This document shows positions 12,214-26,467 of a stretch of 64,000 nt of DNA, piece after piece. A program made the position numbers and the translations under genes. Numbering within the stretch: position 1 is the first letter of the stretch; every line of letters begins with the position of its first letter. Under the pieces are notes generated by a model. The model searched no databases. It had not been told where the DNA came from and saw only the letters and a list, made by a program, of their open reading frames with translations. Source of the DNA: Haliotis rubra (Eukaryota); the NCBI RefSeq assembly GCF_003918875.1, contig NW_025766002.1:4216001-4280000 (forward strand). The letters are read 5' to 3'.

Positions 12214-14007
12214 AATGTTTCTGAATATTGAATGACTCAAACGGTCTTTCTTAAATGAAATATGTTACGAGAGTCCATATTCATTTGCATTTGACTTTGA
12301 AAGACACGAGATCGAATCTCGTATTGTACAACTCGTCTTATGCTTTCTGTGAAGTAGAAAGCTTGGTGTGTCATAACAGTGCGTGACTGAGAGGTGTGTT
12401 TTACAGAATGAAAGAGACTGATAGAAATTGTAAAATATTGTGCATATATTCATGTTACGATGTCTATAAAATGTATAAATACACCAGCATTTGTATCTTC
12501 TTTGTAACATGTGCTATGTTCAAACGGGAGTGAAAAATCTACAAGCACTCACATTATATATGAGATGACGCGCTGTCATTAAACCAGCAAAGAGAACAGA
12601 ACATCAGCTGAAACATTTTCCACACCACATAGTCATCTGGATTCACATAAATAATTGCTATTCGTACATCATAGGAATCTAATAACAGAAGAATTTAGTA
12701 AACATATCAAGGTCGACAAACTGAAGGACACTGCCTTCCACATTCAGTTGATGTGCAGTTATACAACCCTTAGATCTACTTAACTTAACAACAAGCTACG
12801 CCTAAATACACCTCAAACTAATATGCATTTGGTGGATGTTGCTATGTCACAGAAGATGGCCTTGTACAGTAGGAATTATTGCAATGAGACCACAAGGTAT
12901 CAATGGAGAGATGTATTGTTAATTTGCTCAAAATTGATTTTATTACTATAATACGGACAAAATTACTATAGTACGGAATTTGTGTAATCAATATTTGCAG
13001 TAATTTGGTATTCCTATTCCCAAGTATTACCTTTAAAAACTTAAAACGATATGTCATGTTTCTGTGTTGACCACACAACATTCAGCGAGATCAGGCATCA
13101 GGCAAACTGCTTGCTGAGTATAACAATCCGCGAAGTATACACGTCACACATTCTTTCTAAACTCGCTACACTACACTGCACTACTCAATGAAACCGAGTC
13201 CTAGACGCACGTGTGAGGAGAAACGAACGTAAACAACGCGTTCGAGAGATACTTTCCAAAGGTCATAAACGCTGTTCTTGATCACCAATCCATTTTACGT
13301 GTGCTGCGACTTTGTGTTAACACATTCTGTTGTATCTGGTATCACGTTTTCATGAACTTAGAAACATCACAAAACTTGCCATTCTCAGACTAGTGTCAAC
13401 ACAAACTATATATGAAATAACATCAACCCATGAAGAGAGTGCATCAGTGTAACAACATCATAATATGAACGAGGAACTGATGAACTCTGTGTAATCTAAC
13501 TGCAGTTGCCACACCGCTGAATACGTTAAGTGAAACATATATGGCCACAAGGCAGAACTGCTTCCAAGTAGTAACCATGTTCTTTTAGTGTATTACTGAC
13601 ATACCTCAGCAAGAAGCTCTTTCAGTATTACTCATCTTTTCACACATTTTACAGTTTTAAGCATTTTACACATGTTGTAAATGATACGGCTGGTAAAACC
13701 TAATTCAGAGTGAATCGTGTTTCTCACTCTTTAACGTATGTACGTGAAGACTGTTCAATATGAATGAAACATCAGGTTAAGTTGAAATCACACAATAAAA
13801 GGTAGTAACACGGCCCTGCGCATGTTCAGTTACTGCAGTTAGAAACGACTTTGATCACACATGGTTGCGACAATAAACCAAATTTTCCACAATTTAAAGA
13901 CACCCTGTTTCAGAATTGGCATGTTAATTCAATTCGTCGCCATTTCTGAACCATTGTTTTACATACAAGTCAGTACTCGAGCTAGGGAAATACGATCCTT
14001 TCCCTAT

Positions 14008-15135
14008 GGTTATATCCCAAATCGTCCACATCCCAATACTACCAAACATTGTTTAAACAACAACTCTTCATCACCCCTTTTTAGGTAATCGGATAGCCCA
14101 GGAAGTGCACTGAACTGAAACAAGAGACAATAATACATCACGTGACTTAGCAGAGTAGAGATTTTAGTAGAGAAGAGAGAAGTTAGTTAATATATCTGAA
14201 ATATATATGATATAAATTCGATCATATTTTATGTAGGCAAAAATTGTAAATTTTGTTTTCCTGCTTTAACTTGAAACGTTGTTGATTACGTTCATAGTAT
14301 TCTAAATATGCAAACCATACATTGTGCAAGCGTAACGTACATTTAATGTATATGTATATTATAATATAAAGTTTCACAATATAACATGGCTAATGAGTTT
14401 TGAAATTTTATCTTTACTGCTTAAAAGGGGCCAACAAGTCAAACAATTCCTTTCAATTCTGATTTGCAAATATAAAGTAAAATGTAGCAAAAAAATCGAA
14501 ATGAGAATATGAATTAATTTGCTTACTTGAAGCTCTACTACCAAACATACTTGCACTACCAAATCCAGGCATAAACACATAAATCAATCAAGGAAATTGA
14601 TAATGTTATGGTATGGACATTGGCATTAATTGTTATGGTAGCGACACAATAACAGTAGTGACATTTTTAATAATAGCCAGTTTTATATGTATTCTTTAAA
14701 AAAAGAAGATAATTTAATGAAAGTTGTGAGTCAGATATTTCAGAATGTTTAAAGAATATGTAATAAGCAAATAATTTACTTATGGACGTCCCTGTCATGT
14801 AAAAAAAACAACAGGTAAACACTGCATGTTACGGCAGTGACGTTGTGACGGTATGTAATGTTACCACCGTAACGGCCCTAACGGACATAAGTTCTATATA
14901 AATGTTTTACATAGACTGCTATATGTAACTAGAAAAATATGTATTTTTGATAATAACGCTGCCATATTAAAATATATAATTTATTACAAAGTGATTGTTT
15001 GTATTTATCACTGGTTAATGGGTTAGACCATTACAGACTGAGGTAATCAGTATGCTAAAGTGTGTGCAGTCAATCACAAATGTTGTTGTTATAAGCTGTG
15101 GAAGTCTGGGGATGTGGAAGTTTTGGGAGGATACC
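14008..15135. mobile_element. Non-autonomous Mutator-like DNA element
   Basis: 9-bp TSD tttccctat (13999 and 15136). Imperfect TIRs ggttatatcccaaatcgtccacatccc / ggggatgtggaagttttgggaggatacc. The paralogous empty site is visible at ~8545. Confidence 0.75.
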
Positions 15136-16253
15136 TTTCCCTATATTTTGTAAATTCTTATGTGTGAGCCATCAGCTGATTTTTCGCCAATTTTGCTACA
15201 ATGACAAAGTCAATACATATTTACTTCATTAATTTGATACAATTTCAAATTAAATCCTGTGCTTTCAGTTTGTCCAGTTTAAATAAACAACAGAAATCCA
15301 AATCTCATTTTTCTATTACATGTAATCAAAATAAAATACAGAAACCAAACTATAATTTTATAATGACATGTTTTGTAACTGTTTCATTGAAAAGCTTTTG
15401 TCTATGCTTCCAATTACTTCTACCTTTATATCGTATGATATGGCATTGTTACACAACCAGCTTGTTAACTGGCATGGACATACGATCGTACATGACACGT
15501 TCTTCGAAATTACATCAACAGAATGTGTCGACATTTTCCAAAACATGCATGGAAGTTCAGCATAATTATATATCAGAACACGTAGTGTCGAATTTATTTT
15601 CCCCGTGTTCCTTTAATCATAGAACCTGTTCAGTGTTGTTCAAGTGATCCCCAAAATCGCAGCTCAAAAACGTATAACCTTAAGCAAAACATGAAAACTA
15701 TTCAGTCGCGTGCTATTCTATTCTGAACTTGCTTTTGGAACTTATCCAAAACCGAGTTGAGGTTAACCTGCAGTATGTGCCAAGAAACACTGTTATATCT
15801 TGGGGTTGTTTAAAAAGTACTGTCGGTCTGTTAAAATAAAATAAGAGAAAGTGGTTACTTTTGTGATGAATAGGAGGGATACTGAAAAGTCTTATGTTTC
15901 TAATGCATCTCAGAGAAAGTGTTTATTGTACTTTAACAGTGGATTTTATTGAGGGATATATTTTGTGCAAAATATTGTTTTGGCCGCCATATATTCTTGA
16001 AAATATAAGAGGGATGCTTCTCGGGGCAACTTAGAAACGACAAAGTATTCTCCAAGTCCAACGTTGCAATATTAATAACAATCGCGCTTTTAGGTCATAA
16101 TGGTTTACTCAGTGAAAAGATAGATAGGAAGCCATATATCCAGTCTAGCATGTGCAAACAATTACTAAACGAAGTTACGTTTGTCAAAGAAACAATATGT
16201 ACAATATTCATACATGGTTCATAGTATTGACATTCTGCCTGGCGAAAAAAGCA

Positions 16254-16807
16254 TTCCGCGAAGTAATGATGTCAATGATGTATTAAAAACATGCAAACTC
16301 TCCACATTGCCGCTACATACCGTTTACGACAAAAGTATTCTCCGACAGACAGTGCAAAGAGATTTGATATCAACAACGTATTTGAGAGAGTATGTATATT
16401 TGTTTCGAAACACAGGTTTCACGTTTGTCGATTCTGCATAAGCCACATTCAATGACAGTACATCCTGAGTCAAAACTGTTGTAGTTCCCGAATACCTTTC
16501 CGTCCTCAACTGATCAATCCGTTGGTTTTGTTTGGTTTCAAGAAATTGCGCATATCCTGAAACGCAGAGACATGAACATTGTCTGATTTCAAAACACAAC
16601 CACAGGACAAGCTTGAACATGTCATCACAACATGTACCAGCGAGTTCCCATTAATCACCCCACAGCCAGTATAAAAGCTGGGCGGCTCGCTGAGTAAGAT
16701 CAGTCTACTGACATACGCTACAGTTGAAAGACTTAACTATCTGCCAGTTACACCTTATATCAGCAAAGTAAAAGAACTAAATATCTTCCGCCACAATTCA
16801 ATACAAG
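16254..16807 (+). promoter_or_regulatory. V4 promoter module, TATA/Inr and non-coding exon 1
   Basis: TTCCGCGAA 16254, TGATGTCA, TATAAAA 16670, TCAGT A at 16702, donor 16807/16808. Confidence 0.65.
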
Positions 16808-17127
16808 GTAACCACTATAAGATATTGACAGCGGTACTGTGCATACATACGCTACTGGGATTAATTACACAGCTACTATAGAAATGTTACATATTATTCT
16901 ATTTATATTTTACATGAAGGTCAGCTTTAAATCTAATCAAAATATTTATTTTTACTGATGTCATTTATAAACGAACTTTCTTCAACGTTAATATTATTTT
17001 TCACTTGACTATATCAAAAGTAAGGTTCACATTAACAAAATATTCTCATAAGATAACCTCATAATATAGGACTACGTCAATATAAAAAAAAATCTTCATA
17101 TGCTCCTATCTATCCAACAGATTCAAC

Positions 17128-18809
17128 ATGGCATTGCTTCCTCCTGGTGGACTTCCGGAAATAGTCTTCTCCTTCGACACAACAGGCTCAATGGAAGACT
17201 GTCTTGCCGAAGTGCGGGGTCGACTCCAGGACATGATACAGCGACTCCAGGCTGACATCCCCGCCATCAGAATTGCTGTCTTTGCACATGGTGATTACTG
17301 TACCAAATCCACATATGTCACAAAGTGGATCGACTTCTCCACTGACGTCAAGAAACTCTGCGACTTCGTCATGAACGTCAAAGGTACCGGGGGCACTAAT
17401 GATGGCGGCGAGTGTTACGAGCTTGTTCTCAGACAAGTGGGGGAGAAGTTGTCATGGACACCAGGATCTAACCGTGTTCTCGTCGTTGTCGGGGACGACG
17501 ACCCCCACGAACCGAACTTCAGAGGCAATACACAAAAGATAAACTGGAGAGAGGAAATTAAAACATTCCAAACAATGGTAAGTTCATTTCCACTGAATTC
17601 ATAGCTGTGTATCTGTTCATTTCACTGTATTTGTAATCAAATGAAAAGTATACGAAACTCATGAGTACTTAGTCCACTGACTGTATATCTCCATCACTTT
17701 CTAGGGAATAAGAATCTACGGAGTTGAGTGCGACAGTCGAGCTACGACATTCTTCCAAACCATTTCCAAAGAGACAGGAGGTCGGCATCTTAAGTTGGAC
17801 AACTTTACGAACATATTTGACTTCCTCATGGCCATCTGCTACAGGGAGCATGGAGCAGACATCCTTGATGTAAGTTGAAATACTTTCTCATCTTGACGTA
17901 TAGATATTTACCATATTTACTCACATTACACAACTTAATCTCCTTTACCAAAACACACATTTTTACAAGGGAGGTTTGTTTTTTCTTCACCAGTTATACG
18001 AGAAAGAGGTTCGAGCCCGCGGTGGGGATGGTACCCTCAGCAAAGACATGGAAGGAATGTTTACATCCCTTCGTGATGGAATAGTCCCCCCTGTTTCATC
18101 AACGACAACGACGATTACTAGCGGTGCCACGAAGAAAGGTGTCAAAGCTTCCACCTTAATGAAAACAATATCCATGCCAAGGGTCAGGAAACCCAAACCT
18201 AGATCCATCAAGAGGCCAACAACAACCTCTTTGAAGGTACAATCATCTCCCCTGTCGTTGAAGATGCACGGCAACCAGAAACCAACAAAGTTTGCGGCAC
18301 CTCTTCTGAGAAGGGAGGAAGTCTTTGAAAATAACTTTAGCTTAAGAGACATGGACTGGTCATCCTGGATCAAAGTCATCTCCCCTGACGTTCCTCTCAA
18401 ACAGGAAGCACAATGGGAGAAAAGACGGGGTGCCAACCCTGGATTCAGGAAAAGGACAGTGTTCAAGTCCAAGAACAATAAGCCAGCTGTCTATGAGTTC
18501 AGTGTTCAGACGATCAAGTACGGACGTAGGTGTGTGGTATTCAGCATGTTCTGCCACCACATTCCCGATAATGTGAACTGGGAAACACGACTCCTTGGAA
18601 ACAAAATTATCAGAGCTCAGGTGAACAATGTTGTGTCTCAGAACTGTAGTGTTTTTGTGCGGAGGGTGGTGTACAGAAGAGCATCGGGTCACGTCAAAAC
18701 AGCCGCAATGATGAAGTCCTATGACTACGCTTGGAGGCGTCTAAGATCACGATCCGCTGCTCGACATGTTTACAAACAAGGCAGCACAATATCATCAGAC
18801 AAAGTATAG
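17128..18809 (+). CDS. V4: vWA domain + basic linker + degenerate GIY-YIG-like domain protein, 476 aa (462 aa if the 42-nt remnant is spliced)
   Basis: join(17128-17577, 17705-17869, 17994-18809); phase-0 GT-AG introns and no stops. MIDAS-type FSFDTTGSM ... VVVGDD motifs. Confidence 0.9.
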
Positions 18810-19524
18810 AATGTTTCTGAATATTGATTTATATGTGCTGAATGAATACGGACACATTACTGTTTTTCCTGAGAAAACCATATATCAAACGGGCTTTCTT
18901 GAATTAACTATGGTACGAGAGTCCATATTCATTTGCATTTGACTTGGAAAGACATCGAGATCGAATCGCATATGGTACACCTCCTTTAAGCTAAATGTGA
19001 GCATGGTGTTTCATAACAGTGCGTGACTGAGAGTTGTGTTTTGAGGAATGAAAGAGACTGGTTGAAATGTAAAATATTGTACATTTATCCATGTTACTAT
19101 GTATATAAAATGTAAAATTCACCTGCATTTGTATCTTCTTTGTAACATGTGCAATGTTCAAACGGGACTGAAAAAACTACTATCACTTATATTCTATATA
19201 TTGTCTTTGACAATAGTATTCCTGCATAAGTGTGCTGTCGCATACCCACGGCATGAAACGTATCTCATGCTCTTAACCACTGTTTGTCTTTTGTCGATTC
19301 ATTGTCAAAGTTATTACTTTGACCTTAAGGATAAACTACAAACCCCAGATCTTTAGCATCCGTATATATGTTGGCTCAGGCATAACAAATACAACAAAAT
19401 GTCGCCTGTATGCTTCACATTTCCAACAAATGATCTGTCTTAACAACATATCGAGGGCTTTAAATATAATTGTTAACACAAAGACACTGTCATGTTCGAC
19501 TACAGGGTGATCATCACTGAAATC

Positions 19525-19790
19525 GACTCGTGAAGATCCGGGGTAGAATAGGTCTTCAGCAACCCATTCTTGTCATAAAAGGCGACTGCTTGTCGTAAAA
19601 GGCGACTAACGGGATCGGGTGGTCAGGCTCGCTGACTTGGTTAACACATGTCATCGGTTCCCAATTGCGCAGATCGATGCTCATGCTGTTGATCACTGGA
19701 TTGTCTGGTCCAGACTCGATTATTTACAGACCGCCGCCATATAGCTGGAATATTGCTGAGTGCGGCGTAAAACTCAACTCACTCACTCAC
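19525..19790 (+). mobile_element. SINE family B, full length
   Basis: 14-bp TSD tcatcactgaaatc (19511 and 19791). The empty paralogous site is at ~31838. (ACTC)n tail. Confidence 0.9.
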
Positions 19791-19867
19791 TCATCACTGA
19801 AATCAGTGTTCCAGTTCTAGCCATCACTTTTGGGTCCCTGATTGGATTCTGTAGTCGTTGATTCCTG

Positions 19868-19974
19868 GGCCCCGTTCCTCAATGCGATCGTATCGCTACG
19901 ACTGTTGTAAGTCTATGTTAAAGTATGGGAGTTACGATCACCTCAGCGCTACCATCGCTTTGAGAAACGGGACC
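19868..19974. mobile_element. Palindromic ~107-bp MITE (Harbinger/Tourist-like)
   Basis: TIRs ggccccgttcctcaa / ttgagaaacgggacc, flanked by CTG/CAG. Absent from the paralogous site at ~31905. Confidence 0.75.
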
Positions 19975-20956
19975 CAGATTTGTCCCGATTATCACCATTC
20001 GTCTGTATCCATGCGCGTGTCTTTGACCCGAAGAGTAAATATCAGCTACCAATATGGAACCATTTTAACCAGCATAAAGAACAGAACATCAGCGAAAACG
20101 TTTTCCACACCACATAGTCATTTAGATGAACGGGAATTAATTACTTTTTGTAAATCATGGGAATCATGAATACATGTAAACGTCGACCAACTAAAGGACA
20201 ATACCTCCCACCTTCAGTTGATGTGCCGTTATACAACTCTTAAAATCTACTTGACTTAACAACAAGCAACACCTATTACATCTCAAACTAAATTGTGGAT
20301 GTTTTTAAGTGACAGAAGATAACCTTGTACTGTGGAAAGTATTGCATTGAAACCATAACGTGCCAATGGAGAGGTACATTTGGGCTCAAAATAAATATTT
20401 GTGATATATTCACCATAATGAGCTATTTCTTTAATCAATATTTGCTGTCATCATATTTGCTGAACATTATTCCTATCTTTGTCATCCAAAGCACTGCCTT
20501 TAACAACCAGCAACGATATATCTTATTTTGTGTTGACCACACAACATCCAGGGACATCAGGCATCTGGCAAATCTGCTTGCTGAGTATAACAATCCGCGA
20601 AGTGTACTCGTCATACATTCTTTCCAAACTCGCTACGCTGCATTGCACTACTCAATGAAACCGAGTCCCAGACCCACGTGTGAGGATAAACGAACGTAAA
20701 CAACGCGTTCGAGAGATAATTTCCAAAGGTCATAAACGCTGTTCTTGAATCACAAATCCATTTTACGTGTGCTGCGACTTTGTGTTAACATATTCTGTTG
20801 TAGTCGGTGTCACGTTTTCATGAACTTTTCATTCTCAGAGTAGAGTCAACACAAAACTATGCTTAAAATATCATCAATACATGAAAACAATCTTATCAGT
20901 GTATCAAATTTCAAAACAAGAACGCGGAACTAATGAACGTGCTAACAATGATGTGT

Positions 20957-21316
20957 GGTGAGGTGAGGTGAAATTAGGTTTAACGTCGTGCTTGAGAATA
21001 TTTCGCTAATATGACGACGTGCATGCGTGTGTATGTGTATTTGCGGCTGCTTGTACTAGCCCAGACTGAAGCTGGGTTTTTTATGGTGCTAGCCCACTGA
21101 GATACCATGCCGCAGTGAAGCATGAATACCCCACTCAGACACATTATACTGACTCCGAGCCGACCAGTCCTTGTTGTACCCATTAATGCCCAGCGCCAGA
21201 CAGGGACCAACAAGTACAATATTTTAACGTCTTGTGGTATGACGCGGTCGGGGATCGAACCCGCGACCTTCCGCACTCCGGGCGGACGCTCTAACCACTA
21301 CACCGCGGAGGCGGTC
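20957..21316 (-). mobile_element. tRNA-derived SINE family C (V-domain-like core)
   Basis: Reverse complement of 62790-63141. TSD aacaatg(a/c)tgtgt, (CACCT)n tail. Confidence 0.9.
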
Positions 21317-22981
21317 AACAATGCTGTGTAATCTAGCTGTCATTGTGACGTGAATATAGAATGTTAAGGGAAACATGTGACCACAAGGCAGAACTGCTAC
21401 CTAGTAGTGATCATGATAACACTCTGCTTTCTTTCCAAGCTCTTTGCTCAGTGATATATTTGAGATATCTTTGATACACGGTCTGTGGACTTGTTTGTTT
21501 AATGTATTACTGACATACCTCAGCAAGAAGCTCTTTCAGTATTAATCATCTTTTAACACATTTCACCGTTTTAAGCATTTTATACATGCTGTATCTGATA
21601 AGGCTGGTAAAACCAACTTCACAGTGAATCACTTTTCTCGCTCTTTAACATATATACGTGCGGACCGTTGAATATGAATGAAATGTTGTGTTGAGGTCAC
21701 ACGGTGCAAGGCAGTGATACGAGTGAAACACGTGTGTATTTACTGCAGTGAGAAATAACTGTGATTGCACATGGTTGCGGCAATAAACCAAATTATCCAC
21801 AATGAATTATTATTATTCTTGTTTCAGAATTGGCACGTTAAGCATAAGTCATTTCTGAACCATTATGTTACATACACGTCAGTACTCGAGCTTGGAAAAT
21901 ACATTATGGACTGTTGTCCACTTTACGATCTTTTCCCAATATTTTGTCAATTCTAATGAGTGACCCTATCTCATATGCAATTATGTTACAATGACGATGT
22001 AATCTCAATACAACTGCAGTTCAAAACCGGTTCCTTTCTGTTTGTCCACTATAAATTGAAAAAGGGAAAATATATCCCATCTTACTATTACATGTATCCA
22101 TCAACATCAATATTTAGTCAACTATTAGCAACAAATTAAAATTAAAATCTTCTTCGTCTTCGTCGCATTTTCATCTTGTACCATACTAAAATACAGAAAC
22201 CAAAATGTATTATCTACAGAGATACAGAGATACGATCGTATCTTACACTTTCATCGACAGTACGTCAATATAATGTGTAGACATATCCCGATACATACAT
22301 ATATGTTCAGCATATTCATGAATTAAATCGAATAGTGACGACATTATTTTCCTGATGTTTTTTTTTATCATGGAAGCTGGTCTGGGTCGTCTGGCTCTAT
22401 TTTTGCTAGAGAAATAATAATTATATCTTGCGGCTGTTTAAAAAGTGCGGTCAATCTGTTAAAATATCTATAAAAGAGGAAGTGGTTCATTTCGTGAAAA
22501 ACTGTGTTTCTTTTTATCATGGAAACTGGTCAGCGTTGAACAATTTACGGTCAATATCACAACTGATCACAAAACTATGACTAATAGCAAATACCATGAA
22601 AACTGGTCAATAGTAGTATTTTGAATTAGTTTACGAAACTGTTTTCTCGCTAGTTAAAGAAAAATATTTTTTTGTGAGAGAAAACATAATTATACCTTGG
22701 GGCTGGTTAGAAAGTAATGTCGGAATTTTAAAATACATTGAAAAGATAAAGTGGTTCGTTTCGTGACAACTGGGTCGCAGTATCTGGGAACATATACCTA
22801 TTTAAAACCTCTCATGTTTCATGTTCACACAGTATCCTGCTAAAAGGTAGGAAGGCATATTGCCAGTCTGTCATGTGCAAGCTATTACTTAACAACGATA
22901 CTTTTGTATAAGAAACATGTGCAATATTCCTATACATTCTTAGGGAGTATAATATTGACATTGTGACTGGCAAATACAGCA

Positions 22982-23527
22982 TTCCGCGAAGCAATGATGT
23001 CATCTCAAAATATACAAACTCTGCCCATTGCCGGTACATAGCGTTTACGACGATAATATCCTCCTACAGACAGTGTAAAGAGATTTGATATCAACAACGT
23101 ATTTGAGAGAGTATGTTCACTGGTTCTGAACGCACGTTTCACATGTCGATTCTGCATATGTCACTTTCAAAACCAGCAGATTTCCTGAGTCAGAGGTGTT
23201 GTAATAATCACCCAATACTTTTCCATCCTCTACTGATTAATTCGTTTGTTTCAAGAAATTAAGCATATGCTGTTCAAAACGCATGTCTGACATTGTCTGA
23301 TCTTTAAAACGCAACCAAAGAACCGGTCTGAACATGTCAACACAACAAGCCTCAGCGAGTTCTTATCGATTGCCTACCAGCCAGTATATAAGCTGGCGGG
23401 CTCGCTGAGTAGTATCAGTCTACATGTACTCTCACACACAGAAGTTGAAAGACTTAACCATCTGTCAGTTACGCCTAATAGCAGCGAAGTAAAAAAACTG
23501 AATATCAACCGTCATAATTTAAAAAAG
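22982..23527 (+). promoter_or_regulatory. V5 promoter module, TATA/Inr and non-coding exon 1
   Basis: TTCCGCGAA 22982, TGATGTCA, TATATAA 23385, TCAGT A at 23417, donor 23527/23528. Confidence 0.65.
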
Positions 23528-23935
23528 GTAACTCGTGGACGATATTTACACTGGTAGTGTACACATATATGCAATTGGGTCTAATGTCATGAGCACCGCT
23601 GCTAAAGAAATGTTGCATAATTATTTATCTGTCCAGAATTAAGTAAAAGCTATTACATCAAATCTACTGAACTTGTGTTTCAGAATTCCGTCAAAATATT
23701 TACGTTCACTCATATGTTTATGTCATTAATGAATGAATTTCCTTAAACGTTTCAAGTATTTGTTTATTGAGAATATCAAAACTAAGGTTAGCATTAACAA
23801 AATGTTGCATTTTATACGGCTTCTCTTTTCCCACAATGCTCAAAGCAGGGGTAATATATGACTGCATCAATTTGACAGGAACATCTTCTTGTACACATGT
23901 AATTAATTTCTTTTCACTTTTTCAACAGGTTCAGT

Positions 23936-25628
23936 ATGGCTTTAATTCCTCCTGGTGGACTTCCGGAGATTGTCTTCTCCTTCGACACAACAGGCTCAAT
24001 GGAAGCCTGTCTGGCCGAAGTCCGAGGTCGACTCCAGGACATGATACAGCGACTCCAAGCTGACATACCCGCAATCAGAATAGCCGTTTTCGCACACGGT
24101 GATTACTGTACCAAATCCAGGTATGTCACAAAGTGGATCGACTTCTCCACTAACGTCAAAGAACTCTGCGACTTCGTCATGAACGTCGAAAATACAGGAG
24201 GAAACGCAGACGATGGCGAGTGTTACGAGCTTGTTCTCAGACAAGTTCGGGAGGAGTTGTCATGGACACCAGGATCTAACCGTGTTCTCGTCGTTGTCGG
24301 GGATGACAACCCTCACGATCCGAACTTCAGAGGCAATACACAAAAGATAGACTGGAGAAAGGAAATTAAAACACTCCAAACAACGGTGAGCTCATTTCAT
24401 CTGCATTCCTATTTGTTTATCTGTTCATGTCACTGTATTTTAAATCAGATGAAAAGGATACGGAACTCATGCGTACTTAGTCCACTGACTGTATATCTCC
24501 ATCACTTTCTAGGGAATAAGAATCTACGGAGTTGAGTGCGACAGTCGAGCTAGGGACTTCTTTCAAACCATTTCCAACGATACAGGAGGTCGGCATCTTA
24601 AATTGGACAACTTTACGAACATCTTTGACTTCCTCATGGCCATCTGCTACAGGGAGCATGGAGCAGACATCCTTCATGTAAGTTGAAATGCCTTCTTATC
24701 TTGACGTATACATATTTACCATATTTACCCACATTACACAACTTAATCTCCTTCAACAAAACACATTTTTACAAGGGATGTTTGTTTTTCTCTTCACCAG
24801 TTATACGAGAAAGAGGTTCGAGCCCGCGGTGGGGATGGCACTCTCAGCAAAGACATGGAAGGAATGTTTACATCCCTTCGTGATGGAATAGTTCCCCCTG
24901 TTCCATCAACGACATCGACAACGACAACCACGAAGACAAGCGGTGCCGCAAAGAAAGGTGTCAAAGCTTCCACCTTGAAGAAAACAACATTCATGCAAAC
25001 GGTCAGGAAACCCAAACCTAGATCCATCAAGAGACCAAGAACAACATCTTTGAAGGTACAATCATCTCCCATTTCGTTAAAGATGCACGGCAACCAGAAA
25101 CCAACAAGGTTTGCGGCACCTCTTCTGAGAAGAGAGGAAGTCTTTGAAAATAACTTTAGCTTAAGAGACATGGACTGGTCACCCTGGGTCAAAGTCATCT
25201 CCCCTGACGTTCCTCTCAAACAGGAAGCACAATGGGAGAAAAGACGGGGTGCCAACCCTGGATTCAGGAAAAGGACAGTATTCAAGTCCCAGAACAATAA
25301 GCCAGCTCTCTACGAGTTCAGTGTTCAGACGATCAAGTACGGACGTAGGTGTGTGGTATTCAGCAAGTTCTGCCACCATATTCCCGATAATGTGAACTGG
25401 GAAACACGACTCTTTGGAAACAAACTCGTGCGAGCTCAGGTGAACAATGTTGTGTCTCAGAAGTGCAGCATCTTTGTGCGGAGGGTGGTGTACAGAAGAG
25501 CATCGGGTCACGTCAAAACGGTCGCAATGATGAAGTCCTATGACTATGCTTGGAGGCGTCTAAGGTCACGATCCACTGCTCGACATGTTTACAAACAAGG
25601 CAGCACAATTTCATCAGAGAAAGTATAG
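23936..25628 (+). CDS. V5: vWA + degenerate GIY-YIG-like protein, 480 aa
   Basis: join(23936-24385, 24513-24677, 24801-25628). Exon sizes 450 and 165 are conserved, splice sites are GT-AG, and the frame is open. Confidence 0.9.
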
Positions 25629-26467
25629 AATGTTTCTGAATATTGAATGACTCAAACGGTCTTTCTTAAATGAAATATGTGTTACGAGAGTCCATATTCA
25701 TTTGCATTTGACTTTGAAAGACATCGAGGTCGAATCTCGTATTGTACAACTCGTCTTATGCTTTCTGTGAAGTAGAAAGCTTGGTGTGTCATAACAGTGC
25801 GTGACTGAGAGGTGTGTTTTACAGAATGAAAGAGACTGATAGAAATTGTAAAATATTGTGCATATATTCATGTTACGATGTCTATAAAATGTATTAATAC
25901 ACCAGCATTTGAATCTATTTTGTAACATGTGCTATGTTCAAACGGGAGTGAAAAATCTACAAGCACTCGCATTATATATGAGATGACGCGCTGTCATTAA
26001 ACCAGCAAAGAGAACAGAACATCAGCTGAAACATTTTCCACACCACAAAGTCATCTGGATTCACATAAATAATTGCTATTCGTACATCATAGGAATCTAA
26101 TAACAGAAGAATTTAGTAAACATATCAAGGTCGACAAACTGAAGGACACTACCTTCCACATTCAGTTGATGTGCAGTTATACAACCCTTAGATCTACTTA
26201 ACTTAACAACAAGCTACGCCTAAATACACCTCAAACTAATATGCATTTGGTGGATGTTGCTATGTCACAGAAGATGGCCTTGTACAGTAGGAATTATTGC
26301 AATGAGACCACAAGGTATCAATGGAGAGATGTATTGTTAATTTGCTCAAAATTGATTTTATTACTATAATACGGACAAAATTACTATAGTACGGAATTTG
26401 TGTAATCAATATTTGCAGTAATTTGGTATTCCTATTCCCAAGTATTAGCTTTGAAAACTAACAACGA

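Noticed and set aside
17987-18692. Recurrent antisense ORFs over the vWA genes (MFWDL..., MSENK..., MTRCS...)
   Set aside because: Shadows of the sense exons repeated by duplication; their limits vary between copies.
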